Source: Candidatus Woesebacteria bacterium GW2011_GWB1_33_22
Lineage (GTDB): Bacteria > Patescibacteriota > Microgenomatia > UBA8517
Assembly: GCA_000989765.1 (NCBI GenBank)
Contig: LBOW01000001.1
Span: forward strand, 47,660-111,659
Reading direction: 5' to 3'
Length of the DNA stretch: 64,000 bases
This document shows, piece after piece, positions 37,789-47,496 of the stretch. The position numbers were made by a program, and so were the translations under genes. How positions within the stretch are numbered: position 1 is the stretch's first letter; each line of letters starts with the position of its first letter. The notes beneath the pieces are model-generated. The model was given only the letters and a program-made list of their open reading frames with translations. It was not told the DNA's origin and did no database searches.

Positions 37789-40442
37789 TTAAGTTTATCT
37801 TTAAATATTACTTAGCAATTATATTATTGATATTAGTTATATCATTTGGACAGACCTTATTAATGATTCCATGGCAAGACGATAATGCCCTCTTTTTTAA
37901 GTTAACTCATATCCAAGAAAGAGCAGGTTTTTTAGGTTCAGGAATATTTGGCGAAAGAGCCTATAAGTATACTGCCTTTTTTTATTATCCTATCTATTTA
38001 ATTTTTAAATTTCAGCCAGTATATTATTTTGGTATTAATTTTATTCTGTACGGAGTTTCAGTTTATATTTTATATAGAATAATTTCAAAAATGATAAATA
38101 ATCAGGTTGGGATGATGACAGGTTTTTTATATGCATGTGGATTTATTGGTTCAGATAGCTTTATCAGATTGTTTAACTCTCAAATTACTAGTCTAAGTAT
38201 AATCTTAGTTAGTACTTTCATCTATACATATTGGGTTTTTTACAAACAGAAGAAGAACGTGTGGTATTTTATTTCACTTTTTATTTTTTTTCTGGCGGCT
38301 GAGTTTGCAAGAGCTAGAACTCATTATATGATTGCAGTTCCTGTTGTTTTCGAATTACTATTTTTAACTTTTAATAAACCTATAATTAAATCAATATTTT
38401 TTTCTATTTTAAGAATATTTCCATTTGTACCGATTTTTTACCGTTATGTTATTTTAGAAGATTATCGTTCGGGAGGTGTGGGAGATTTATTAAACTCTTT
38501 ATTAAAAGGCGAGATCTATAAAATTTTTGGCTTTTTGTCGTCATTTTCTAATATGATTCTTCCTGACTGGTTTACCAAAAACTCCTTAAATAGTACAAAT
38601 GGTGTGTTTTATTCCTGGGGATTTGCTTTAGTAATGTTAATTATGTGTATATTCGTTTTTGTTAAATTCAAAAGACAAAGACTATATTCTTTGTCCCTTT
38701 TAACAACTAGTTTAATATGGGGGTATTTATCGTTAAATATTTTTATTCATCCAGCATTACATGTCACACAGGAGCAAATTTACTTAGCATTTATAGGTGG
38801 ACAATTGATTTTGCTATTTATTTTTGGATTTTTTTTGATTGATAAAAGTAAAAAACTATTGTATATATTTTTTTTGGCCGGAATATTTATAAATTTAGCA
38901 GCTTATTGGGCGTATAGCCCAACTCTGGTATACGAAAAAATTAATAGATATCTTTCACACTCCTTTCTTTATTTAGTGATATTACTTCCACTACTAGTCT
39001 ATTCAATAAAAAACAATAAAATATCAAATATATTTTTTGTAATTGTATTCTTTTGGGGATTGGGAAATATGTATGGTTCCTTTTTATATCAAAGACAAAT
39101 TTATTTAAACAGAGTTGTGCCCGTAAACTCGTTTTATAAAAAACTTGACGATTATCTTGTTACAATTGAAAAAGGAGATATTCTATTTTTTGATGTAGCG
39201 GATGACGCGCGAAGTTATTTTTCTGACGCCTTTTCTGTTGCTCAAATGCCAGATTCGACAGCAATTGCATGGAGGTATGGTATTGATAGATATGATTTTG
39301 AGATGTTTCAAACCTCTTCAGATTTTTTTAATTATTTACAAAAAAATACAGTTGATAAACAAAAAATTCATACATTTTTTTATTCAAAGGCAGGATTAAT
39401 TGAGACAACTAATGATTTTATTTTATATTTAGATAGTAATAAAATTGATGATTTGGATATTAAGATAAGTGACTCTTATCCTATTTTTGATAATATTATA
39501 ATTAATAACCAGATAGATAAATCTAGCATTAATTTTACTAAAGATCTATCCTTTTTTAGCCTTATACCTTTAGATTTACTTGTTCAAATTTCTGGTTACC
39601 CTCTATCAACGAAAGAAATTAAATTCCCTTTTAGTTATGGATTAGAAAATACAATGAGAAATAATTTTAGGGATAATCAGGATATATATTTGACATCCCG
39701 ATATAAAAAATATAAAGAAGAATTTAAAAAAACAAAAGTTAGTGTAAGTAGCGATTGGCAAGATAGAGTAGTAAGTAATTTAATTGATGGAGACTACAAT
39801 ACTTCATGGCAGGCCAATAGACTTTTGTGGTTAAAGGATGCTCAATTCATTTTTATTGAATCTGACAACAAGACGTTATTTAATAAGTTAGTTTTTGTAA
39901 ATTCTTATTCTGATAATACTCCACTTGAATTTGACATTTTAGGCTCAGACAATAATAGCGATTGGTTTTTGATTAAAGCATATAAGTCAGATCTCAGACT
40001 TAAAAACGGAGATATGCAAATTGTTGACTTTATACCACAAAGTTTTAAATTTTTAAAAATAAATTTTAAAAAAACATTAAATGATGATTCTCCTGCACTT
40101 TCTGAATTATGGCTTGTGCCATCAGAATTTGATGATTTGAATATTATTCAAACAGAGAAGTATTTAGAAAATTCATTCAAAAACATACCAGATGCTAATT
40201 TTTATAATCAATTATTAAAAGATAATGATTACGTTGGTACAATAGAGCTTTCTTGGTGGAATAATAAAAATTTTGGCTGGCAAACATCTTTTGATTCAAC
40301 CGCAAAGGTAATTTTTGATGGTAAATCTAGGTGGTATAAAATAAAAGTAACTCCCGGTGGGACAAAAATAAATCAACTTAAGTTTTTACTAAAAGATTTT
40401 CCCGCAAAATTTAAGATTCATGCAATCAAAGTTTTATATTAA
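37773..40442 (+). CDS. Tandem paralog of 35065: GT-C-like + discoidin domain
   Basis: WQDDNALFFKL, RTHY, INRYLSHSF, LIDGDYNTSWQ. Confidence 0.72.
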   Translation: MQNKLIKFIFKYYLAIILLILVISFGQTLLMIPWQDDNALFFKLTHIQERAGFLGSGIFGERAYKYTAFFYYPIYLIFKFQPVYYFGINFILYGVSVYILYRIISKMINNQVGMMTGFLYACGFIGSDSFIRLFNSQITSLSIILVSTFIYTYWVFYKQKKNVWYFISLFIFFLAAEFARARTHYMIAVPVVFELLFLTFNKPIIKSIFFSILRIFPFVPIFYRYVILEDYRSGGVGDLLNSLLKGEIYKIFGFLSSFSNMILPDWFTKNSLNSTNGVFYSWGFALVMLIMCIFVFVKFKRQRLYSLSLLTTSLIWGYLSLNIFIHPALHVTQEQIYLAFIGGQLILLFIFGFFLIDKSKKLLYIFFLAGIFINLAAYWAYSPTLVYEKINRYLSHSFLYLVILLPLLVYSIKNNKISNIFFVIVFFWGLGNMYGSFLYQRQIYLNRVVPVNSFYKKLDDYLVTIEKGDILFFDVADDARSYFSDAFSVAQMPDSTAIAWRYGIDRYDFEMFQTSSDFFNYLQKNTVDKQKIHTFFYSKAGLIETTNDFILYLDSNKIDDLDIKISDSYPIFDNIIINNQIDKSSINFTKDLSFFSLIPLDLLVQISGYPLSTKEIKFPFSYGLENTMRNNFRDNQDIYLTSRYKKYKEEFKKTKVSVSSDWQDRVVSNLIDGDYNTSWQANRLLWLKDAQFIFIESDNKTLFNKLVFVNSYSDNTPLEFDILGSDNNSDWFLIKAYKSDLRLKNGDMQIVDFIPQSFKFLKINFKKTLNDDSPALSELWLVPSEFDDLNIIQTEKYLENSFKNIPDANFYNQLLKDNDYVGTIELSWWNNKNFGWQTSFDSTAKVIFDGKSRWYKIKVTPGGTKINQLKFLLKDFPAKFKIHAIKVLY

Positions 40443-40445
40443 ATG

Positions 40446-42527
40446 TTATTCAAGTACAGTAACAATTGCACTTTTACTTTTGGTTAAGCATGTATCACCA
40501 TTTTCCATCTCAAAGACAATAACTTTAGCTTCTCTGGCAACAAAGTAAAAATCAAAGTTAGAAGTTAAGGTTTTTAATTCTGCATGTTTTAGTTGATTTT
40601 GAGCAATATCTTCATTTTCTCTTATCCAATCGCTATTATTCGTACTTGTGCGCACATATCCAGTTTGAACTAATGAACAATTCTTAGTTGGTATAATAAA
40701 TGAAGTCTTCATTATTTTTTCAGTCTTGGGTAATGTTATGGTTATATTTTTTTTATCTTTTTGAGTATTGACAGAAATAATTAATTTTTTTTGGTTTTTA
40801 AACATTTCTTTTACATACTTTTCATCGTTTTTCCAAACTTTAGCAATTGCTACTCCATCAACCTTAACTTCATACAGGGGATTCATAACAGTGTTTAGGT
40901 AGTTTAGGTTGTACCAGTGCATCGGAGAATAATCATATGTAAGTTCTAATACATATTCACCTTTATGCTCAGGTCCAGACCAATAATTTGGAGATAGAGA
41001 GATATCAGGTCTTAATTTAAATCTTGGAATGTTGCTTATTGAACCTACTGGTAAAGTCAAATATGCATTTTGCTCTGCATATTGATTTAACCATAAAATA
41101 GCAGGGTAATAGGCATTCCCATTTGAGTTGCCCCAAGAATTAATATTCTTTTCTTTAGCACCAGCTAAGCCTCCAACTATTTTGTTAAAAAAAACATTTT
41201 CATTAGGATGAATATTAACCAGTTTAATAATTACAGGTATAAAAATAATATTAGTTATTAATATAAAAATATAAATGTTTAATTTACCTAATTTTTTATA
41301 AACTAATCCAGCAGTTATACCACAAAGCATCGCCAATATTGGTATAAATTCCATTATTAACCTTACTCCACCATAACTTAGAGCTCCAAAAAAAGATATT
41401 CTTCCGACAATTGTAATTAATGACAAAATCAACAAAAGCGAAAAACTTTTACTTTTCAATAAACTTCTAACAAAGAATAATGAGAATATAGAAATGATTA
41501 TTGTGGGAATCGGAGTTGTGTAAAATATCCAAGTAATTGGGTAAGTATTAAATATTTTTAAAAGATAATAATTTTGAGGTTGAGATGGTGCTGAATAACC
41601 CACCTCAAGATAGAAATCTATAATTCTTTTTATTCCTAAAATTGGATCTTTCCAAAGAGTTGGAAAACTACCAATTAAGATTGTAAAAACAATAACCGGG
41701 AGTATTATTAGTAGAATCCAAAATTTAGTCAAAAATCTTAAAAAGTCTTTTGTTTTGTAAAAATAAAAAAACAGCCATATAGATAATGGAATAATAATGA
41801 AAATAATATTTAATTTAGTTGAGAGACCCATTGCAAAAAATAAAATTGTTAATATTCCCCAAAAATATTTTTGCTTTTTAATGAAAATATAAAAAGAAAT
41901 CAATGTAAGGGAATAAAAGCAGGTAATGATTGGATCTTTAATATTAAAATGTTGCTCACCAACAAAAAGAGGGTAAGTTGTAAGAACTAATGATGAAACA
42001 ATAGATTGAATTATGCCAAATTCTTTCCACATAAATATAGCAATAGTAAAAACTAGTAATGATGCGACTGTAATTTCAAATAAATGATAACTTTCTAAAT
42101 CATCTAAAATACCAATTTTTTGATAGAAGATTTTATTAAAAAAAGCAGCCAAAACTCCATTTAAGGCAGGATGACCGTAAGTATTATCAATATCGATGTG
42201 ATACTCGCCATTCCAGTCTTCATCTTGATAATAACTTCTTCGGAATTTAGAATCAGATAAGTAGGGGTTGTTATTAACTTCTTGAAAATGTTTTTCAGAG
42301 TCGCGAAAATCTGAACTATCCGAAGTTCCCTTAAGAGCTTTGTATTTAGGAATATCGTTGTAATTTTTTTGTCCAGTTAAAAAATAATGGAGAAATGCTT
42401 GTCCTCGACGAAAATGAAAAGGTTCATCCCAATTTATTCCATAATCACCCAATGTTTTAAATGCTATTAGAAAAAACAATATTGGAATAATTAAAATTAA
42501 TAAAAATATTAAAAAACTTTTTTTCAT
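40446..42527 (-). CDS. GT-C (PMT/ArnT-like), paralog of 12550
   Basis: DYGINWDEP..RGQ, GHP, HFNIKD, YGGVR, IHPNEN, SWGN. Confidence 0.8.
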   Translation of the reverse strand: MKKSFLIFLLILIIPILFFLIAFKTLGDYGINWDEPFHFRRGQAFLHYFLTGQKNYNDIPKYKALKGTSDSSDFRDSEKHFQEVNNNPYLSDSKFRRSYYQDEDWNGEYHIDIDNTYGHPALNGVLAAFFNKIFYQKIGILDDLESYHLFEITVASLLVFTIAIFMWKEFGIIQSIVSSLVLTTYPLFVGEQHFNIKDPIITCFYSLTLISFYIFIKKQKYFWGILTILFFAMGLSTKLNIIFIIIPLSIWLFFYFYKTKDFLRFLTKFWILLIILPVIVFTILIGSFPTLWKDPILGIKRIIDFYLEVGYSAPSQPQNYYLLKIFNTYPITWIFYTTPIPTIIISIFSLFFVRSLLKSKSFSLLLILSLITIVGRISFFGALSYGGVRLIMEFIPILAMLCGITAGLVYKKLGKLNIYIFILITNIIFIPVIIKLVNIHPNENVFFNKIVGGLAGAKEKNINSWGNSNGNAYYPAILWLNQYAEQNAYLTLPVGSISNIPRFKLRPDISLSPNYWSGPEHKGEYVLELTYDYSPMHWYNLNYLNTVMNPLYEVKVDGVAIAKVWKNDEKYVKEMFKNQKKLIISVNTQKDKKNITITLPKTEKIMKTSFIIPTKNCSLVQTGYVRTSTNNSDWIRENEDIAQNQLKHAELKTLTSNFDFYFVAREAKVIVFEMENGDTCLTKSKSAIVTVLE

Positions 42528-42556
42528 TTAGTTGCTGTTTATTCAATGATATAAAT

Positions 42557-43387
42557 ATGGTAACATATTTTGTGCTTAACAATATTTCTAATCGTTTTCT
42601 AGGATCGGTTTTGAGTGAAGCTGATACAAAAGTTATGAACGCTTATGGTTGGGGTGTTCAGTTTCATAAAAATAGCTCCATAAATTTATTTGTTAAGTTT
42701 TTTGGTGTTCCCCACCTTGGTGCGCGCATGAGAAATCGGATCCTAGAAAATATAATTAACAAAAGAAACCATAAAAATTCTACACTTTTTGATGCTGGGT
42801 GTGGAATAGGCCTAACTAGTATGTATTTATCAAATAAATTTGAAAAAATTTATGCAGTCGATGTTGAAGAACAAAAAATTAAAGTAGCTAAAATGATTGC
42901 TAAGAATAATCACATTAATAATATAGAATTTAGAAAGGTTGATGTTTTGAAGGACAAAATAGCTTCGAAAACTTTCGATTTTGTGATTTGTTTTGAAGTG
43001 CTAGAACATGTAAATAACGAAGAGGAATTTATTTATAAACTCTCAAAATTGGTTAAGAAAAATGGAGTTATGATTCTATCATTTCCTTCGAAGACACTGC
43101 TTTCCCGTATGGCACAGAAATCACTCGATCACCATAAATCAGGCTATTCATCAGATGAGATTAATAAAATAGCTAAAAAATTTAAACTTAAAGTTGTTGA
43201 AGAACAATCTTTTGGTAAGAGCCTCTTGGGAAAATTAGTCGTCGGTTGCGATTTTATTTTTAGAATAACTTTTACACCATTAGCAAGTTTATTTTTCCCA
43301 GTTTTTTATCCATTATTGATACTGGATTATTATTTGCCAAAATTTGGAATTCCAAGAGGATATATATTAGTAATACACAAAAACTAA
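42557..43387 (+). CDS. Class I SAM-methyltransferase
   Basis: FDAGCGIG, FEVLEHV. Confidence 0.85.
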   Translation: MVTYFVLNNISNRFLGSVLSEADTKVMNAYGWGVQFHKNSSINLFVKFFGVPHLGARMRNRILENIINKRNHKNSTLFDAGCGIGLTSMYLSNKFEKIYAVDVEEQKIKVAKMIAKNNHINNIEFRKVDVLKDKIASKTFDFVICFEVLEHVNNEEEFIYKLSKLVKKNGVMILSFPSKTLLSRMAQKSLDHHKSGYSSDEINKIAKKFKLKVVEEQSFGKSLLGKLVVGCDFIFRITFTPLASLFFPVFYPLLILDYYLPKFGIPRGYILVIHKN

Positions 43388-43391
43388 AAAT

Positions 43392-45113
43392 ATGAAAATT
43401 ATTGGTTTAACATATCACAAAAGTGGAGTACATGATAATTCTGTTGCTCTTTTGGAGAACGGAAAAGTGTTATTTGCAGAAGCAGAGGAAAGAATTTCAA
43501 GAATAAAGCATGATGGAAGATTTCCATACCTTGCGTTAAAAGAAGGTTTAAATTTAACTAAAAATAAATTAAAAAATATTAATTATTTTGTATCTGCTAC
43601 ACCAAACGAAAATTATATTCAAATGTTTTTAACAACAGTTAAATTTTTACCAACCGTAGGTTTGGGAAATTATTTAGAACAAATGATTGGTGCACTTACA
43701 CATAAAATAGATAAAGTTTCAGATGATGACAGACCAAAAAATATACAGGAGATGGGAATATCGGAAAGTAAGTTTTTTACAGTTTCCCATTATTTTGCTC
43801 ATGCCGTTGCCGCTTATTATACTTGTCCATTTGATAAGTGTTTAGTAATTAATATGGATGGGTTTGGTCCCGGGGATAAGGGAGAGCCTTTGAGTGGACA
43901 AATTTATTTAGGTGAAAATAATAAATTAATAGGACTTGAGGTTGTGCCTGTTCATGCATCACTAGGGCTATATTACGGGGTTATAACAATGGCATTAGGA
44001 TTTAAATTAAATGACGGGGAAGGTAAAACCATGGGTCTGGCAGCATACGGAGATCCAGCAAAGTGTTACAAAAAAGTCAAAAATTTTTTCCCGAGATTTA
44101 TCGATAATGATTGGATAGTTAAAAGTTCAATAATGGACATTCTTAATGTTTCAAGGAAGAAAGTCTATGTGAAGTCAAGTACTTATAAATATCTTAAAAA
44201 GTTAGTAGAGGATTATGGTAAAGAAGATGTTGCTGCCGCCTGCCAATTGGTTTTTGAAGAGGAATTAGTAACTTACATTTCTCATCTTATCAAAAAGTAT
44301 AAAGTTTCAAAAGTTGCTTTAAACGGTGGTATCTTTTTAAATGTCAAGGCAAATATGAGACTTTTGGAGGAAAAAGTTGTTGATGATCTTTATGTTTATC
44401 CTAACCCTTCTGATGGGGGAACTGCTATGGGAGCTGCTCTTGCCGGATTCATAACTAAGGGTCAAAAAATAAAGCGACAAGAGCTACTGCATCCTGCATA
44501 CAGTAGAGAATATAAAAATTCAGAAATTATTACAGAACTCAAAAAGACAAAAGGAATAGAATACAAAAAATTAGGTACTAATCTTCCACGAATTGGGGCA
44601 AAACTACTTTTTGACGGAAAAGTAGTGGGTTGGTTTGAAGGCAGAGGAGAGTGGGGTCCTAGAGCGTTGGGGCAAAGAAGTGTAATAGCTGATCCAAGGC
44701 ATTTGGAAACTAAGAACAGAATAAATAATATATTGAAAGGAAGGGAGTGGTTTATGCCATTCGCTCCAAGCATGGCAATCGAGGGGGCTCCAAAGTATTT
44801 GAAGATGTTGAGAAAGGCACCATTTATGATAATTGGAGATAGAATCATGCCAGGAATGGAAAAAGATCTAAAGGCGGCGGCCCATATTGACGAGACTGTT
44901 CGCCCCCACCTCGTAACAAGAGAAGCAAACAAACTCTATTATCAAGTAATTAAGGAATTTGAGAAATTAACTGGTGTACCTACTATTTTAAATACTAGTT
45001 TTAATAAACATGGACTTCCAATAGTTTACACTCCAAGACAGGCTGTTGAGCATTTATTATGGGGTGCAATTGACGAACTAATAATTGGTAGTTATCATGT
45101 TTGGAGAAAATGA
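43392..45113 (+). CDS. NodU/CmcH/TobZ-family O-carbamoyltransferase
   Basis: HDNS, EAEERISRIKH, HYFAHA, EGKTMGLAAYG, EWGPRALG.RS, LNTSFN. Confidence 0.92.
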   Translation: MKIIGLTYHKSGVHDNSVALLENGKVLFAEAEERISRIKHDGRFPYLALKEGLNLTKNKLKNINYFVSATPNENYIQMFLTTVKFLPTVGLGNYLEQMIGALTHKIDKVSDDDRPKNIQEMGISESKFFTVSHYFAHAVAAYYTCPFDKCLVINMDGFGPGDKGEPLSGQIYLGENNKLIGLEVVPVHASLGLYYGVITMALGFKLNDGEGKTMGLAAYGDPAKCYKKVKNFFPRFIDNDWIVKSSIMDILNVSRKKVYVKSSTYKYLKKLVEDYGKEDVAAACQLVFEEELVTYISHLIKKYKVSKVALNGGIFLNVKANMRLLEEKVVDDLYVYPNPSDGGTAMGAALAGFITKGQKIKRQELLHPAYSREYKNSEIITELKKTKGIEYKKLGTNLPRIGAKLLFDGKVVGWFEGRGEWGPRALGQRSVIADPRHLETKNRINNILKGREWFMPFAPSMAIEGAPKYLKMLRKAPFMIIGDRIMPGMEKDLKAAAHIDETVRPHLVTREANKLYYQVIKEFEKLTGVPTILNTSFNKHGLPIVYTPRQAVEHLLWGAIDELIIGSYHVWRK

Positions 45114-45835
45114 AATATCAAACCAAGAATCTTCAGCCACACAGCAAAATCGGTTTATCTTTTATAAGTTTATTAAAACATTATTATCATGTTAGTAATT
45201 TAGATAATTTGAGACAATCTTTGAAAGATGACTTAATCGCCACCATATTTATGGGGTCTGGGAGTGGTATATTTGGATCGTTCATAAGGGGTATGTATTT
45301 TAAGTTATTTTTAAACTATAAACTTCCATCTATGATTGGAAATCGCTTTCGTATTATAAATTCGTCAATGGTTAAGGTTGGTAAGAACTTGTGGATTAAA
45401 GATGATGTTACGATATTTGCGGGGGACAAGATGACAATTGGCGATGGCTGTGTTTTGTGTGATAGATCAAGTATTTGGTCCAGTAAAGACGGTTTAAAAA
45501 TTGGAGATGGATTTTCATTAGGTATAGGTGGATATATCTGTGGAACTGAAGGAAGGATAGCTATAGGTAATAAAGTAATTATGGCTGATAATGTACGTTT
45601 ATACAGTTGGAATCATAGTTTATATTCCAGTTTAAAAACGTTTTCAGAGAATGAAATTTCTCATCGAGGTATTACGATTGGTAACAATTGCTGGCTTGGA
45701 TCTGGATGTGTAATATTAGATGGTGTGAATTTAGGTGATAACTGTGTTGTAGGTGCGGGAGCTGTAGTTACAAAGTCATTTCCTAAAAATTCGTTAATCG
45801 CGGGGGTCCCAGCAAAAGTTGTTAAAACAATATGA
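45110..45835 (+). CDS. LbH O-acyltransferase (maltose/galactoside acetyltransferase-like)
   Basis: Hexapeptide repeats, IGNNCWLG, GAGAVVTK, AGVPAK; start at ATGA overlap 45110. Confidence 0.85.
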   Translation: MKYQTKNLQPHSKIGLSFISLLKHYYHVSNLDNLRQSLKDDLIATIFMGSGSGIFGSFIRGMYFKLFLNYKLPSMIGNRFRIINSSMVKVGKNLWIKDDVTIFAGDKMTIGDGCVLCDRSSIWSSKDGLKIGDGFSLGIGGYICGTEGRIAIGNKVIMADNVRLYSWNHSLYSSLKTFSENEISHRGITIGNNCWLGSGCVILDGVNLGDNCVVGAGAVVTKSFPKNSLIAGVPAKVVKTI

Positions 45836-47496
45836 CTAAATTACTAGAATCTTATTTTATATATATTTTATTAGTCGTATCAGTTTTAGTTTGGTTTGTA
45901 TCCTATTCAAAAGTTCCATTTATTTTTTTTCAGCAAGATGAGTTAATGGGGTTTGGTCTTTTTATTCTAAACAGGGTTGATATGTTGTATACGGGCCTTG
46001 GATTTAAAGGAATGGTACATTTTGTGCCGGTCACAATGTCACTTTCCTTCGGAATTTTTAATATTTTTGGCCTAAATCATATTCCTTACAATATATTTGG
46101 GTTGATATTTCACACAATTAATGGACTCCTTGTTTATCTATTGGGTCAAAAGATATTTAAGAATCGTTTATATTCACTCCTTGCTCTGATAATGTTTTTT
46201 TCAAGTAGCTCTGGCGCAGAGTTGGTTATGTGGCCTGTTATAAATTTAAACACAATTTCACTGTCCTTTTCACTCCTTGCTATGTATGTTTTAATCTCAT
46301 CGTATATAAAAGATGGGTATTTACAAATTAAGAAGTCTATTTACATTTCTATATTATTTTTACTCTCTGTTTTCTCAGTAGAATACGCAGCTGGACTTAT
46401 TTTTATCATTCCTGTCACCGCATTTTTAATGGATAGAAAAAATAGTGGAATAAAAAAACTAACTCAAATCTGGCCATTTTATTTAACGGTAATGATATTT
46501 TTAATACTTAGATTTGTTCCCTCTCTTTTTTTAAGAGAATTGAATACCTTAAATTCTGTCCTTGAGACTGGGGTTTTTAGTAGAGCCATGGGTTTAATTC
46601 GATTGCCACTTATTTATGTTTCCCAGACCTTTTTGGGTCAAAATGCATTAATAAACATTTCTCAACTTATATCTAGTGTTTTTTGGGGAAACACAACAAA
46701 CACTCAATTTGCAGAGGGGGTCATTTATAAATATGTAGCGTCCGTATTGGGAGTATTTATTGTTATTATTTTTCTAAAGTTGTTTTCGAAATTTACTAAA
46801 TTAGATAAAAAATATTTATTAATTTTCCTAAGTTTTATTATCTTCTCTTCGCTACCTTTTATCTTAGTTCCTGGACAGTTGTTTTCAATATTTTCATCTA
46901 GGTATTTATATTTTGGTGGTGTTGGGTATGCTTTTATTTTGGTCTTGATATTGCAATTAATTGTAAATCTCAAAAAAAATAGAATTACCCTATTCTATAT
47001 AATATTTTTAGTTTCAATGATCCTCGGTGGAGTATATGGTAATTATAAAAAAGGCAATGCTCTTTATAACATTGGGAACCTGAGGGTTCAAATTTTAAGA
47101 AGTATTAAAAAAGACCATCCAACACTTCCACAAAAAGTTATTTTTTATACAGATAGCAACAAAAGTTATTATGGTTTGCCTGACGAGGATAAGATTCTAC
47201 CTTTTCAGTCTGGTCTAGGGCAAACACTACTTTTATGGTATTATTCAGACGAAAAGTTTTCAAAAAGTTTTTTTAAAAATGAATACCTTTGGGGCATTCT
47301 TTCAGAAGGCTATAAGGAAATTGATGACAGGGGATTAGGGTATTTTAGAGATTTTGAGAGACTTAAAAATGCAGTTAATGATAATAATCTAAATCCCGAA
47401 TCAGTTATAGCATTTAAGTGGGATTATTATACTAATACATTAACTGACACAACAAACGAAGTTAGAAATAAACTTAAGAATGAAAATTATAAATAA
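45832..47496 (+). CDS. Putative GT-C membrane glycosyltransferase
   Basis: FQQDE after TM1, polytopic, SSRYLY, soluble C-terminal domain. Confidence 0.65.
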   Translation: MTKLLESYFIYILLVVSVLVWFVSYSKVPFIFFQQDELMGFGLFILNRVDMLYTGLGFKGMVHFVPVTMSLSFGIFNIFGLNHIPYNIFGLIFHTINGLLVYLLGQKIFKNRLYSLLALIMFFSSSSGAELVMWPVINLNTISLSFSLLAMYVLISSYIKDGYLQIKKSIYISILFLLSVFSVEYAAGLIFIIPVTAFLMDRKNSGIKKLTQIWPFYLTVMIFLILRFVPSLFLRELNTLNSVLETGVFSRAMGLIRLPLIYVSQTFLGQNALINISQLISSVFWGNTTNTQFAEGVIYKYVASVLGVFIVIIFLKLFSKFTKLDKKYLLIFLSFIIFSSLPFILVPGQLFSIFSSRYLYFGGVGYAFILVLILQLIVNLKKNRITLFYIIFLVSMILGGVYGNYKKGNALYNIGNLRVQILRSIKKDHPTLPQKVIFYTDSNKSYYGLPDEDKILPFQSGLGQTLLLWYYSDEKFSKSFFKNEYLWGILSEGYKEIDDRGLGYFRDFERLKNAVNDNNLNPESVIAFKWDYYTNTLTDTTNEVRNKLKNENYK

